A stretch of 64,000 nt of DNA from Squalus acanthias (Eukaryota), in the NCBI GenBank assembly GCA_030390025.1, contig CM059433.1, positions 17,052,001 through 17,116,000 on the forward strand, read 5' to 3'. The translations under genes were made by a program, and so were the position numbers. The notes under the pieces were generated by a model. It saw nothing but the letters and a program-made list of their open reading frames with translations. It was not told where the DNA came from and searched no databases. This document shows, in pieces, positions 49,985-62,351 of the stretch; positions within the stretch are counted from its first letter, which is position 1; each line of letters begins with the position of its first letter.

Positions 49985-50645
49985 GAATCATAGAACAGTT
50001 ACCGCACAGAAGGAGGCCATTTGGCCTGTCCAGCCTGTGCTGGCTCTCTGCAAGAGCACTTCAGCTAGTCCCACTCCCCCACTCTTTCCCCGTAGCCCTG
50101 CAATTTTTTTTTGCTTCAGGTACTTATCCAATTCCCTTTTGAAAGCCACGAATGTATCTGCCTCCACCACCCATTCAGGCAGTGCGTTCCAGATCCTAAC
50201 CACTCGCTGCGTAAAATAGTTTTTCCCTATGTCGCCTTTGGTTCTTCTGCCAATCACTTTAAATGTGTGTCCTTTGGTTTTCGACTCCTCTACCAATGGG
50301 AACAGTTTCTATCTCTCTACTGTGTCTGGACCCCTCATGATTTCAAACACCTTTATAAAATCTCCTCTCAACACTTCTCTACTTCTCCACATCACATACT
50401 TTTAGGAGAACCACCCCAGCTTCTCCAGTCTATCCATGTAACTGAAGTCCCTCATCCCTGGAATCATTCTCGTAAATCTTTTCTGCACCCTCTCTAAGGC
50501 CTTCACATCCTTCCTAAAGTGCAGTGCCCAGAATTGGACACAATACTCCAGTTAAAGCTGAACCAGTGTTTTATAAAAGGTTCATCATAACTTCCTTGCT
50601 TTTGTACTCTATGCCTCTATTTATGAAGCCCAGGATCCCGTATGT
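49985..50645 (-). mobile_element. CR1 LINE 3' fragment abutting the CpG island
   Basis: KTKGHTFKVIGRR..FTQRVVRIWNALP plus tail. Confidence 0.88.
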
Positions 50646-50934
50646 TTTTTTTGTTGCCGCTTCGGTAGTTGGACTCTTGCTTCAGCCCTGGCCGCTGCTT
50701 TCCTTTCCTCTCCACAGCTGCGGCGCGGCTTCCACTCGGCGTTGCCAGCAGCCTTTTTGATTCCGATTTCGCAGCGTCGAGAAATTTCTTCCCGCTCCTG
50801 GTTTGCGAGTGGGGAGCTTCCCCCACCCCGGTGTGTAAACCCCGGGCCCACTAACTCATGGCCGCTGCCAATCCGAAGTCGGGCAAGTGCACACATTGCC
50901 AGCCCGAAGCAGCCGCCGCCGTCATCCTCCTTAC

Positions 50935-50953
50935 CCTGCTTGCGATCCACCAT
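50935..50953 (-). CDS. ERICH1: ERICH1 exon 1 (coding part, MVDRKQ + phase-1 G)
   Basis: Minus strand reads ATG GTG GAT CGC AAG CAG G|GTAAGG inside the CpG island. Spliced to exon 2 it gives MVDRKQAFKQKVLKKLY, resembling the recalled ERICH1 N-terminus MAAHRKHVFVEKVLQRLF. Confidence 0.8.
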
Positions 50954-51435
50954 CGCATTGTGTGCGGCGCCGGACCGCTGGCGCTCTCACCCCCCCCACC
51001 CCGTGCAATTCAAATCGCCAGCTCGTGCCTCTTCAGTTTAACCGACAACCGCCGGATCACACGGCAGACACGTCAATCACGAGAAGGGGGCGGGGCGTGG
51101 CGCTGATTGGCTATCCGGTGGTCCCGCTGGAGGAGAAAAAAAAAATCAATTGGGCGGTACGCATGCGCATTGGTTTTGAGCCGGGCCTGATGGACCTTCT
51201 CAGGATGGCGGCCCTTGTGGCCGTTGCCTCACTCTCCGGCGCGCGCGCGTCCCCAGCGCTGTTGATGTTTGTGCATGCGCGGCGTGTGTGTGAGTGAGTG
51301 AGCGCGGGGAGAAAGAGCAGCAGCGAAAGCCAAGTCTGGCTGAGCCGCAAATGAGGATCGCAAGGGTGGCAGCGGATCTGGCGGACCGTCCCTCAGCAGT
51401 GTCATGCACTGGGCGCTGAAAGGGGGAAAAATACC

Positions 51436-51453
51436 ATGTCAGCGTTGAAGAAG
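51436..51453 (+). CDS. DLGAP2: DLGAP2 (SAPAP2) first coding exon, MSALKK
   Basis: accATG TCA GCG TTG AAG AAG|GTAAAC. Matches the recalled MSALRK first exon of long DLGAP2, and lies head-to-head with ERICH1 as in tetrapods. Confidence 0.8.
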
Positions 51454-54309
51454 GTAAACATGGTGGTGGTGGTGGCGGGGGGAGGCTTCTTGTTTTTGCA
51501 TGTGCTGCTGCGCGCTGCTCACTCAGGGGTGGGTTGGTCTCCGGCTGATTACAGGGCAAAGGCACCGCTCGCTGTGTACCTGCCAATTAATTATAGTGCT
51601 GAGCTGAGACTTGGTGAGGAGGGGAAGGGTTGCATTGCTGCCGGTGTGTTGATATTATTATTCTCTCTCTCTCTCTCTCTCACCACCTCCAAGTTGTTTG
51701 GGCTGCAGGTGAGTGACTGCTCGCCTCCCCGCTTCAGGTGCGTCGAGGGCGGAGCCCGGCAACAGATGGTCAGCCTCCGGGGCGGAGCAACTGGAGAAAG
51801 GGTGTGTGTCGACAAGAGCTTTCAGGGCAGGGGCCAGGACAAGACAAGACAAGAGAACTTGCAATGGAGTATCCGAGGGAAGGGGCGAACCGACTAAACA
51901 TGAGACAAAGCTGGGGAGAAGCATGTTGGAGCGGGAGGGCACAGGGGAGGAGCAGTTTGGAGGGAGGGGCAGAAGATCTTGGAGGATTGGCAGCAGAGAG
52001 AAGGAGGGAGAACGTTAAAGGCATGGCATTGATTTGAGGGATAGGTTGAGTGAGGGCTGAAGACTGAACACGTCAATAAGGCAGAGCACATGCCATCTGC
52101 TTGAGTTCACTAACGTGGTGTGGCCTTACCAAATGCATTTCTGTGCTGTGACTTGCATTGAGGGTAGATCACACTGGCCTTGGGTTTGCAAGCCTGCGTT
52201 TGAGCTTCCTGACAAAGGATTGCTGGCTTACTAAGGATGGTGCTCTCTTAAAATTTATGTTCATAACAGAAGTAGAGTTCTAGAAGGGAACGACCAGCTA
52301 AAGTATTAACGTAAAGTGGTATGGGTGCGTTACCATCAGTGCAGGGTTGCCTGGCTCGAAACAGATTGTTGTGCACTCAAGGGCAGAAAGAGAACCTGTT
52401 TGCACAGCAGAGGGCAGTCTTGCCCGATCAAGGATTGAACACATTAGCACAGGGGCCATTACCCATGGGTATGACCAGTCAAACACAGGATGGGCCAAAG
52501 AACAGTAGAGCGCAGGAGCTAGTGCAGAGCAAGAATTACCCTGCTGGAGGAACTGCTGCATCAATTTGTTGCAGTGGAAATTGGCGTTGATGAACTGGTC
52601 CAGAGGTGACATCTCTCTATTACATCAACTGTGTTTGGGACACTTGAGAATTATGTCCACTGGTTAGCGTCCCAGATTCGTTACAACAGCTGACGGTTAC
52701 CTTGCTTGAAACCCAAAAGAAAATGCAAATTTACCCATTCATCTCATTTTGTGATGTTATTTTGCCAGGATACAAATGTAGATATGAGATGTTATCAGCT
52801 TTCCCAATATTATTGACTCTTTAAAATTGGATGATTGAAATGGAATATTTAAAATTCCATTCACTTGCACAGTTCCCCTTTCTGATTTCTGACAACATAT
52901 CCTGCCATTGTCCTGAAACAGTAATGTACTGGTGTATAATTTGGAAAAGGATTTTTAAAGTTGCTAATGACACATTCTAGATTTGCTGCTTGGGTGTAGT
53001 GTGTTGCTCTGAAGATTGGAAGTAGGGCAGTAAAATGATTGCAGCACCATTGAAAACTACTGAAATGTGAATGTTCTGCACAATCAAAGATGTCTCAAGG
53101 GAAATTACCCAAAGATTAACAACTTAGAAATTCTGTTTCTCTACATTGACCTCTAGTATAGTTGGAAGTTTCAAGGATGAACAGTAGTTATGAGGAGTAA
53201 TTATGGTACACCACTGAATATCTGTTTACATGTAAATGATGCCCTTGTAATACTATTAAAAATAATGCACAAAGGTGTGAATACCCTTTTGAGGATAACA
53301 GCATTGAGATGGTAAAACTATTCTGACACCATTAAGAAATAGATAACACGATTTCTAACTCTAAAGGAAATACTGTATGTGTACATATTAATAAAACAGG
53401 GAGGGATTATGAAGCAGCATTCTGATAGAAGGATTTGGACATCCTAAACCACAACACGAAATCTCAAACAGTTTATAACTGAAACTTAAACATTGTAAAG
53501 CATTGGAATATGAAAAGCGATTTTATTCATTAAGCTCACCCTCCTCCAGATTAACTCTTATGGTTTATGATGAACCTCAATTAGACTGGAACCTCTTGGG
53601 TATTCACTATTCTCAATATATGTAAATGCATATTTTCATTGCAGTTAACGCTTTATTTTGTGTATTTTATTTACACCGAAATAATGCTCGCAAAAGTCAC
53701 AGTACACTGGAGTTTCCAGCACATACTAATTGTTTCTCGCTCGAATACCTTCACATTATGCTGAAGCAAGTCCTCGGCCTCTCACAGACTGTGCTGGTAA
53801 TATATGTGATCAAATTGGTCTGTGTGCCAACAAAGATCTGAAATACTGAATCTTTGTGGAGTGGTGGGGAGAAATCACTTGCAAAATCTAGGCTATCTTC
53901 TAGCTGGAACTTTCAATTTTTCTTCAATTGTAATTATATTTGGGGAAATATTTTACATTGAAAATACTCCTTTTTAGTAATCATTTTGAAAAGCATTTTA
54001 ATTAAATTGATTTCAGTTGTACTTTTTCATGAGTATTCTTAGTAAAATAAAAAGTGACAGTGATAACTTAAGTTCAGTGTATTAAACCGTACAGTGTCTT
54101 AGGATGAGTAGTGGTAACTTACCTATCTAAGACCTCATAAAGCACAAAACTAAATAGATTGGATAGTTAATCTGAAACGGTCTGTTTATTGTTAAGCTAC
54201 TGCTGTTGAATACGTTATTTTATGTCACATTGTGTAGCTTTCGGTTTTAAAAATAACCGTTTCATCTATTGGTATAAAGAAGGCAGGGTTTTTTTTTCAA
54301 AAACAATTT

Positions 54310-54770
54310 ACAAGTATGATACCAGAACTGAGAGGGCACAACTATCAGGAAAGACTGAACAGGCTGGGGCTCTCTTCCCCAGAGAAGAGAAGGCTGAGAG
54401 GTGATCTAATAGAGATCTTTAAAATTATGAACGGGTTTGATAGGGTAGATGTAGAGATGTTTCCATTTGTGGGGGAATCTAAAACTAGGGGTCATAAATA
54501 TAAGATGGTCACTAATAAGGAATTCAGGAGAAACTTCTTTACCCAGAGAGTGGTTAGAATATGGAACTTGCTACCACATGGAGTGGTTGAGGCGAATTGC
54601 ACAGATGCACTTAAGGGGAAGCTAGATAAGTACATGAGGGAGAAAGGAATAGAAGGATATGCTGATCGGGTTAGATGAAGGAGGGTGGGAGGAGGCTTGT
54701 GTGGAGCATAAACACCAGCACAGACCAGTTTGGCCGAATACCTTGCTTCTGTGCTGTAAATTCTATGTAG
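54310..54770 (+). mobile_element. CR1 LINE 3' fragment
   Basis: MIPELRGHNYQERLNRLGL..RGDLIEIFK..FFTQRVVRIWN. Confidence 0.9.
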
Positions 54771-54859
54771 CAGAGGACTGATGTCTGAAGCAGCTGTTGA
54801 ACATTATACTCAACACCAGCTCTTAGTCTTATCTTGGCAGCTCTGGGTTGGGGTTGGTG

Positions 54860-57800
54860 AACAGAATTTGAGGAAGGACACCTGGAGAAGGGGACCGGGA
54901 CTGATGTCCTAGGGGGAGTGTTTGCTAGTGCTGTTGGGGAGGGTTTAAACTAAAATGGCAGGGGGTTGGGAACCTGTGCAGGGAGACAGAGGAAAGGGAA
55001 GTAAGGATAGAAGCAAAAGACAGGAAGGAGAAAAGCAAAAGTGGCAGTCAGAGAAATCAAGGGTGTAAATCAAACATGGCCACAATAAATAATAATTCTA
55101 AAAGGTCTAAGAGTGTTAAAACAAACCTGAAGGCTTTGTGTCTTAATGCGAGGAGCATTCGTAATAAGGTGGATGAATTAGCTGCGTAAATAGATGTAAA
55201 TGGATATGATATAATTGGGATTACGGATACATGGCTCCAAGGTGACCAAGGCTGGGAATTCAACATCCAGGGGTGTTCAATATTCAGGAAAGACAGGCAA
55301 AAAGGAAAAGGAGGTGGGGTAGCATTGCTGGTTAAAGAGGCGATTAACACAATAGTAAGGAAGGATATTAGCTCTGATGATGTGGAATCTGTATGGGTAG
55401 AGCTGAGAAATACCAAGGGGCAGAAAACGTTAGTGGGAGTTGTATACAGACCCCCAAACAGTAATGCTAAGGTTGGGGATGGCATTAAACGGGAAATTAG
55501 AGATGCGTGCAATAAGGGCACAGCAGTTATCATGGGTGACTTTAATCTACATATAGATTGGGCTAACCAAATTAGTAACAATACTGTTGTTAGGCTTCGC
55601 AAAATCCCCCAGAAACTCGAATAGAACCCTAACAGGGGTGATTTTTGGATTTTTCATACGAATTTGGGATGACGGGACCTAAGTGAAGTGATTTGAGGTA
55701 AAAACCTCAGTTTTGGACATTCTTAAGGATCAGGGAAGAAAACCCCTGAGGGAAATGACTTTGGATATTTACTATTGGGAAAAACACCTTTCACAGAAAC
55801 TCCACAGGCTGCAGGAAAGGGTGTGGTGAGGCAGTGGACAGCTTTTGGATTTGAGGCCCAGTCAAGCTGTCTGGGAAATGCTTGCACTGCAATCCAACCA
55901 GGGAGGAAGAGCCTCACCCAAAACCTCACATACACATCCAAATATGAATAATCCAAGACCCCTTTTGAAATCCCCAGGCCCAAACAGGATGCTAGAAGCC
56001 TGAAAACAATAAAACATCCAGTACACCCATTACCCCGCCAATCACCTGTAATCAACCGAAGAGATCGACAGGACGCAAGCCATTTGACACTTAGTAAAGT
56101 TGTTACTGTTAACGAGGTCTTACAATGACCAGGATTTGATTTGGTTTTGACAAGGCTACTTCAATTTAGTATAATTGAAGGCCCATCAAGCCGTTACAAC
56201 AGTTACAAGTTCGAGTTCTCCAGTAAAACAGTTCAAGTTCAACAGAAATCAGTTCTGCAGTTCAATCGAAAAGCCTGTTTTCAGCAAGAAGTCAGGGCTG
56301 GAGTTACAGAGTTCAGGACAAGCAGGCAGAAGGCAGTTTCCACAGTTCTGCAAGAAGGCAGTTCCACAGCTCGGAGGAAGACAGTTTAAACAGAGGCAGA
56401 GTTACAGCAAGAAGTTCAACAAAGAAGGCCAACAACTTCACAAGCAGACCGACACGCAAGAAGAAACCAGAGCGACTGCCTCAGTGACCATCGGACACCT
56501 CGCGGCAACAAGGGCCTTACGAAACCTTTTACTCAAAAGACTCTAAACCCTAACTCTCAACTGTCAAGGATTCGTGTGGTGAGCATTATCCCTGGTTCTC
56601 CAGAGTCCAACCTAGCTAGTGAAGTGGGATTGGGAGGGGTGAAGTATTCTTCTAATGTTATTTCCCTCGCCTGTACCGCGTGTTCCCCAACCTGTGTTTA
56701 AGCATTAAGTGTGTTTTAAGTTTGTTACCTTTTTCTTTTAATAAAGTCAAAATTCTTTCATCAGAACCTGTTGTCTACTGCATCTTTGTTCACAACCCCT
56801 AAATAAGTCCAAGGTCAAGAACCAGGGGCGTGGGAGCAATTTGAACCGCTCACTGCGTCAGAGGTGAAACTGACCCCACACACCACGCCCTACACTGTGG
56901 AGGAGGAATTCCTAGAGTGTATACGGGATGGTTTCCTGGACCAATATGCAGAGGAACCGACTAGAGATCAGGCTATCTTAGACTGGGTATTATGTAATGA
57001 GAAAGGATTAATTAGCAATCTTGTTGTGCGAGGCCCCTTGGGGAGGAGCGATCATAATATGATAGAATTCTTCATTAAGATGGAGAGTGAAGTAGTTGAC
57101 TCAGAGACTAGGGTCCTGAATTTAAATAAAGGAAACTACGATGGTATGAGGCGCGAATTGGCTAGGATGGATTGGGGAACGTTACTTAAAGGGTTGACGG
57201 TGGATAGGCAATGGCAAACATTTAAAGATCGCATGGATGAACTACAGAATTTGTTCATCCCTGTTTGGCATAAAAAAAAAAGGTGACTCAACCATGGCTA
57301 ACAAGGGAAATTATGGATAGCATAAGATCCAAGGAGAGGACATATAAATTGGCCAGAAAAAGCAGTAAACCTGAGGATTGGGAGCAGTTTAGGATTCAGC
57401 AAAGGACGACAAAGGGATTAATTAAGAGGGGGAAAATAGAGTATGAGAGTAAGCTTGCAGGGAACATAAAAACTGACTGTAAAAGCTTCTATAGATATGT
57501 GAAGAGAAAAAGATTGGTGAAGTCAAGCGTAGGTCCCTTGCAGTCAGAATCAGGGGAATTTATAACGGGGAACAAAGAAATGGCAGACCAATTAAATACA
57601 TACTTTGGTTCTGTCTTCACAAAGGAGGACACAAATAACCTCCCAGAGATGTCGGGGAACATAGGGTCTAATGAGAGGGAAGAACTGAATGAAATCAATA
57701 TTTGTAGGGAAATGGTGTTCGGGAAATTGATGGGATTGAAGGTCGATAAATCCCCAGGGCCTGATAATCTACATCCTAGGGTACTTAAGGAAGTGGCCCA

Positions 57801-59322
57801 AGAAATAGTAGATGCATTGCTGGTCATCTTCCAAAATTCTATAGACTCTGGAACAGTTCCCATGGATTGGAGGGTAGCTAATGTAACCCCACTATTTAAA
57901 AAAGGTGGTAGAGAGAAAACGGGGAATTATAGACCGGTAAGCCTGATATCGGTAGTGGGGAAAATGCTAGAGTCCATTATAAAAGATGTAATAGCAGAGC
58001 ACTTTGAAAACCGTGACAGGATCGGACAAAGTCAACATGGATTTACAAAAGGTAAATCGTGCTTGACTAATCTACTGGAATTTTTTGCGGATGTAACTGG
58101 TAGAATAGATAAGGGAGAACCAGTAGATGTGGTGTATTTGGACTTTCAGAAGGCTTTCGATAAGGTCCCGCATAAGAGATTAGCGTGCAGAGTTAAAGCA
58201 AATGGGATTGGGGGTAAGGTACTGACTTGGATAGAGAACTGGTTGGCAGACAGGAAGCAAAGAGTTGGAAAAAATTGGTCTTTTTCTGAGTGGCAGGCAG
58301 TGACTAGTGGGGTACCGCAGGGATCGGTGCTAGGACCCCAGTTATTCACAATATATATTAATGATCTAGACGAGGGAACTAGATGTAATATCTCCAAGTT
58401 TGCAGACGACACAAAGCTGGGTGGGCGTGTGTGTTGTGAGGAGGATGCAGAGAAACTCCAGTATGATTTGGACAAGTTGGGTGATTGGGCAGATGCATGG
58501 CAGATGCAGTATAATGTGGATAAATGCGAGGTTAACCACTTTGGTGGTAAAAACAGGAAGACAGATTATTATCTGAACGGCAATAGATTGGGAAAAGGGG
58601 AAGTGCAACGAGACCTGGGTGTCCTTGTGCACCAGTCGTTGAAGGTAAGCATGCAGGTGCAGCAGGCGGTTAAGAAGGTAAATGGTATGTTGGCCTTCAT
58701 AGCGAGAGGATTCGAGTACAGGAGCAAGGATGTCTTGCTGCAGTTGTACAGGGCCTTGGTGAGACCACACCTTGAGTATTGTGTGCAGTTTTGGTCACCT
58801 TATCTGAGGAAGGATGTTCTTGCCATGGAGGGAGTGCAGCAAAGATTCATCAGACTGATGCCTGGGATGGCAGGACTGACGTATGAAGAGAGATTGGGAC
58901 GATTGGGCTTGTATTCGCTAGAGTTTCGAAGAATGAGAGGGGATCTCATTGAAACTTATAAAATTCTAACAGGACTAGACAGACTAGATGCAGGAAGGAT
59001 GTTCCCGATGGCGGGGGAGTGCAGAACCAGGGATCACAGTCTAAGAATAAGGGGTAAGCCATTTAGGACTGAGATGAGGAGGAATTTCTTCACCCAGAGA
59101 GTGGTGAACCTGTGGAATTCTCTACCACAGAAGGCAGTTGAGGCCAATTCATTAAATATATTCAAGAAGGAGTTATATTTATTTCTTAAAGCTAAAGGGA
59201 TATGGGGAGAAAGCAGGGACAGGGTACTGAATTTGGATGATCAGCCATGACCTCATTAAATGGCGGAGCAGGCTCGAGGGGCCGAATGGCCTACTCCTGC
59301 TTCTATCTTCTATGTTTCTATG
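54860..59322 (+). mobile_element. Long CR1 LINE (end of ORF1, ORF2 endonuclease + RT, tail) interrupted by a solo LTR
   Basis: LNARSIRNK, GVVYRPP, IMGDFN, SDHN endonuclease motifs; RT-containing ORF at 57283-59250. Premature stop at ~55187 and a poly-A frameshift at ~57272-57283. Confidence 0.93.
55588..56894 (+). mobile_element. Solo LTR, copy 2
   Basis: TGT...ACA termini, CTGT 4-bp TSD (55584-55587 / 56895-56898). Removing it restores CR1 NNTVEEEFL. AATAAA at 56740-56745. Confidence 0.92.
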
Positions 59323-59670
59323 AAGGAGAAATCTGGTGATCGAAGATTTAGTGACCAAGGCAGCAAGACCGTTAAGAAAACTGCGATAAGCATGATAGAG
59401 AAAATAACATTGACTAGAATGAAGGGATGTGCAGGCAAGTGAGAGTACTAAAGTGATGTGACAGATTGTGACAAAAAATTGGTCTGTGCTTTAGATGTGA
59501 CAAGTTCAGACCAGGACCATGAAAATGGTCCAGTGTGAAAGAAAATCCATTGCTCCTTGAACCATGTGTGATGTGTAGATACACTATAGCCCCTATGGTG
59601 ACCATTTATCTTGTTAACATGGTGGAGCAATATATTGGAGTAAATATGCTTTGCACTGGTAGAAGAAATA

Positions 59671-60034
59671 CAAGAAACTCTTTATTAACCGGCACCCAAA
59701 TATCCGGAAATCTCTCTTAACCGGCAAAATTCTTGAGTAGGTAACCGGGGTTTTCCTTCATCTCTCGTTTAAAATTAACTTTAAAAAAAACCCCGAGGCG
59801 TTTGCCTTGTATCGGAGCGTGTAGATTGGGAGGGGAATGTGCAGCCCGGGTAGGCAGCGGACACGACAGATGGTCAGCTGGCGGTCCCCGGGGAGATGGA
59901 GCTCCGAATGCAGGCGCATGTCAATGTGTACGGGGCTCTCGTACGTTGGGAGATATAACTCTCCGTTATCCGGACTTTTTGATTAACCGGCACCACGCCG
60001 GTCCCGTCGGTGCCGGTTAATAAAGAGTTTCCTG
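59671..60034 (+). mobile_element. TA-TSD MITE, copy D
   Basis: TA|CAAGAAACTCTTTATTAACCGGCACC ... GGTGCCGGTTAATAAAGAGTTTCCTG|TA. Confidence 0.85.
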
Positions 60035-60869
60035 TATTGAGCAAATATTAGTAGCTTTGCAAGAGTGAGAAGGAGAAAATTGGTAGTCCAGCCACTCTGA
60101 GCTATTTGCCTAGTTCCTGGTGGCGAGGTGTTTAGCGGAATTGGTAGAGGCTGCAGGATCAGATGTGGGTATGCGGGACCCAAAAGAAGACAACATAACG
60201 AAAAAGGGTTTTAAAAAAATACTGTACAATGCAGAGAGATTTATTTTTTATTTCTGCTTAGGAAAAGTGGATGCTAATGTGTTTAAAGATATATAGCGCA
60301 ACAATAGTGAGAAGAAAATAAAGCAGAGATATTGTCAGCTGTGGAAGATTCTATTGTCTGCCCATCCCCTTTCTCATAAAGTTTTATTGTGGTAGGAAGC
60401 AGGAGTGGTAATGTGAGATAAGCAGAATAGACTTAAATATGTAAATCAACTTGCTGAAGCTAATCTTGCTGAATGTATCTATTGCTTAATTTATTGTGTG
60501 TGTTTATAGTGTTTCTCAAGGTGAAAGATAATAACTGCAGTATTTAAATATTCAGACAGCATTGTATCCTACAAGGATCATATTGCTAGCCTCCGCAATA
60601 GAACAAAATGCTTTAATATAGTATTGGGCAAATATAATTTTCACATATATATTAGTTTACCAAACTTTATGCAGCCAGATTTGTCTAAAAAAACAAAAAC
60701 ATAAATCTTTAGTTTATAAAATTTGGATAGTATTTCTATCCCAAAGAATAACCTTAAAATGGCTAATCTGACATAATTTGCATATTCAAATGTTCATTAA
60801 TGTTCCTTATAACAAAATGCAATTCTTCTATTTTTTTTTCCAAGATATTGCCAGTCTAATAATTTTCTT

Positions 60870-61700
60870 AAATTTGTTCTTGGGATGTGGGCGATGTTAG
60901 CAAGGGCACATTTATTGATCATCCCTAGTTGCCCTGAGAAGGTGGTGGGCTGCTGCCTCCTGGACATTGGATCAACTGGACCCTCAGTTCTTGATGGTGT
61001 TGAGCTTCCTGAGTGGTGGTGTGAGGCCACCCAGCGAGGTGAGTGGTAAGTATTTCTTTACACTCCTGACTTGAGCCTTATGGAGAGGCTTTGCAGGGCC
61101 ATTGAGTGAGCCGCTCATTGCAGAGTACCCAGATCTGCCCTACTCTTGTTAGCCATGTTGTTGATATTGCTGGTCCAGTTCAGCATCTGGTCACTGGTGA
61201 TCCCTAGCATGTTGACGGTGGAGGATTCTATGATGGTGGTACAGTTGAAGATCAGGGGAGGTGGTTTGACCTTTTCTTTTTGGAGTGGTCACTGACTGGC
61301 GGTGCAAATATTATTTGCCACTTGTCAGCACAAGTCTGAATATTGTCCTGGTCCTGCAATATGCTGGTACGGGCTGCTTCATTATTAGAGGAGTTGTGAA
61401 TGGAGCTACATACTGTTGAATTGTCAGCAAACAGCCCCACTTCCGACCTTATGTTGGAGGGAAGTCATTGATAAAGCAGCTGAAGATGATTGGGCCAAGG
61501 ACGCTGCTTTGTGGAACTCCTGCAGCTATATCCTGGGGCTTCCAACAACCACGGACATCCTTATATCAGGTATGACTACAGCCACTTGAAGGTTTTTCCC
61601 TTGACTCCCATTGACCACAGTTTTACTAGTGCTCCTTGGTGCAATACTGGGCCGAATGCTGCCTTGATGTTGAGGGAAGCTGCTACTCGCCTTTCTTCTG
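60870..61700 (-). mobile_element. Second LINE family fragment, degenerate
   Basis: GLFADNSTV..ADKWQIIFAP; homologous to 31260-32245. Confidence 0.7.
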
Positions 61701-62351
61701 GCATGCTGTTAGGGATAACATATTATACATTATTCCTCAAGTTAGAAATAACCGCTACAGTACAGTATCTAGGTACGTGAACAGATCACAATTCTTGAAC
61801 TGAAAGAACTATGAACTTTTAAGTTCCAGTGGCTTTTCAAGGATACTCTGCACCTCCTACTGTAGCATCCATAGCTCCAAACAGTGACTTGAAGCTTACA
61901 GTTCCAACAAGACTATCGGGTGAGAGCAGTACAGTGGCATTAGTTTTAAATTGCTTTAGCAAAGAGCCAGAACAGACACTATGAGCCTAATGGCTTCAGG
62001 AGAGGAGAAAGAGAACAAACTTCCTTCTATGCTGTAAATTTCTCAACTAAACTGAAGTTGATGCAAAGTCTGGCCTATATAATTTTAGCACAGAACTGAG
62101 CAAACATACCATTGATAATTGAACCAACTGGTGTTTCCACTTACTTCAACTTTTGTTGGCATATATGGCAAGAAAGATCCTCCTTTCTCACTATGTTCAT
62201 AATATGTGGATCTGGGCCTAAAAGTTTACATGGCATCAGGACATTAAACATATACCAGTTCCAGATCTATTGGTCACTATTCAATCCATGCACTTGTTCC
62301 AATTTGGTGCTCTGTTCAAGCAAAGTAGCTTAGTTTATTCCCTACCTGACT

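Larger units (their letters stand above)
50650..51800. promoter_or_regulatory. CpG island / bidirectional promoter ERICH1-DLGAP2
   Basis: CpG-dense unique DNA with a GC box GGGGCGGGGC (51087-51096) and three ATTGG/CCAAT boxes (51106, 51149, 51169). Also an NRF1-like CGCATGCGCA (51160-51169) and a YY1-like GATGGCGGC (51204-51212). Confidence 0.82.

Noticed and set aside
50858..51106. Plus-strand MAAANPKS ORF as a gene start
   Set aside because: It overlaps ERICH1 exon 1 antisense in GC-rich DNA where chance ORFs are common, and I recognise no homology.
57283..59250. Active CR1 or domesticated RT gene
   Set aside because: The upstream endonuclease has a stop, an LTR insertion and a poly-A frameshift. 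This is an ordinary young dead copy.
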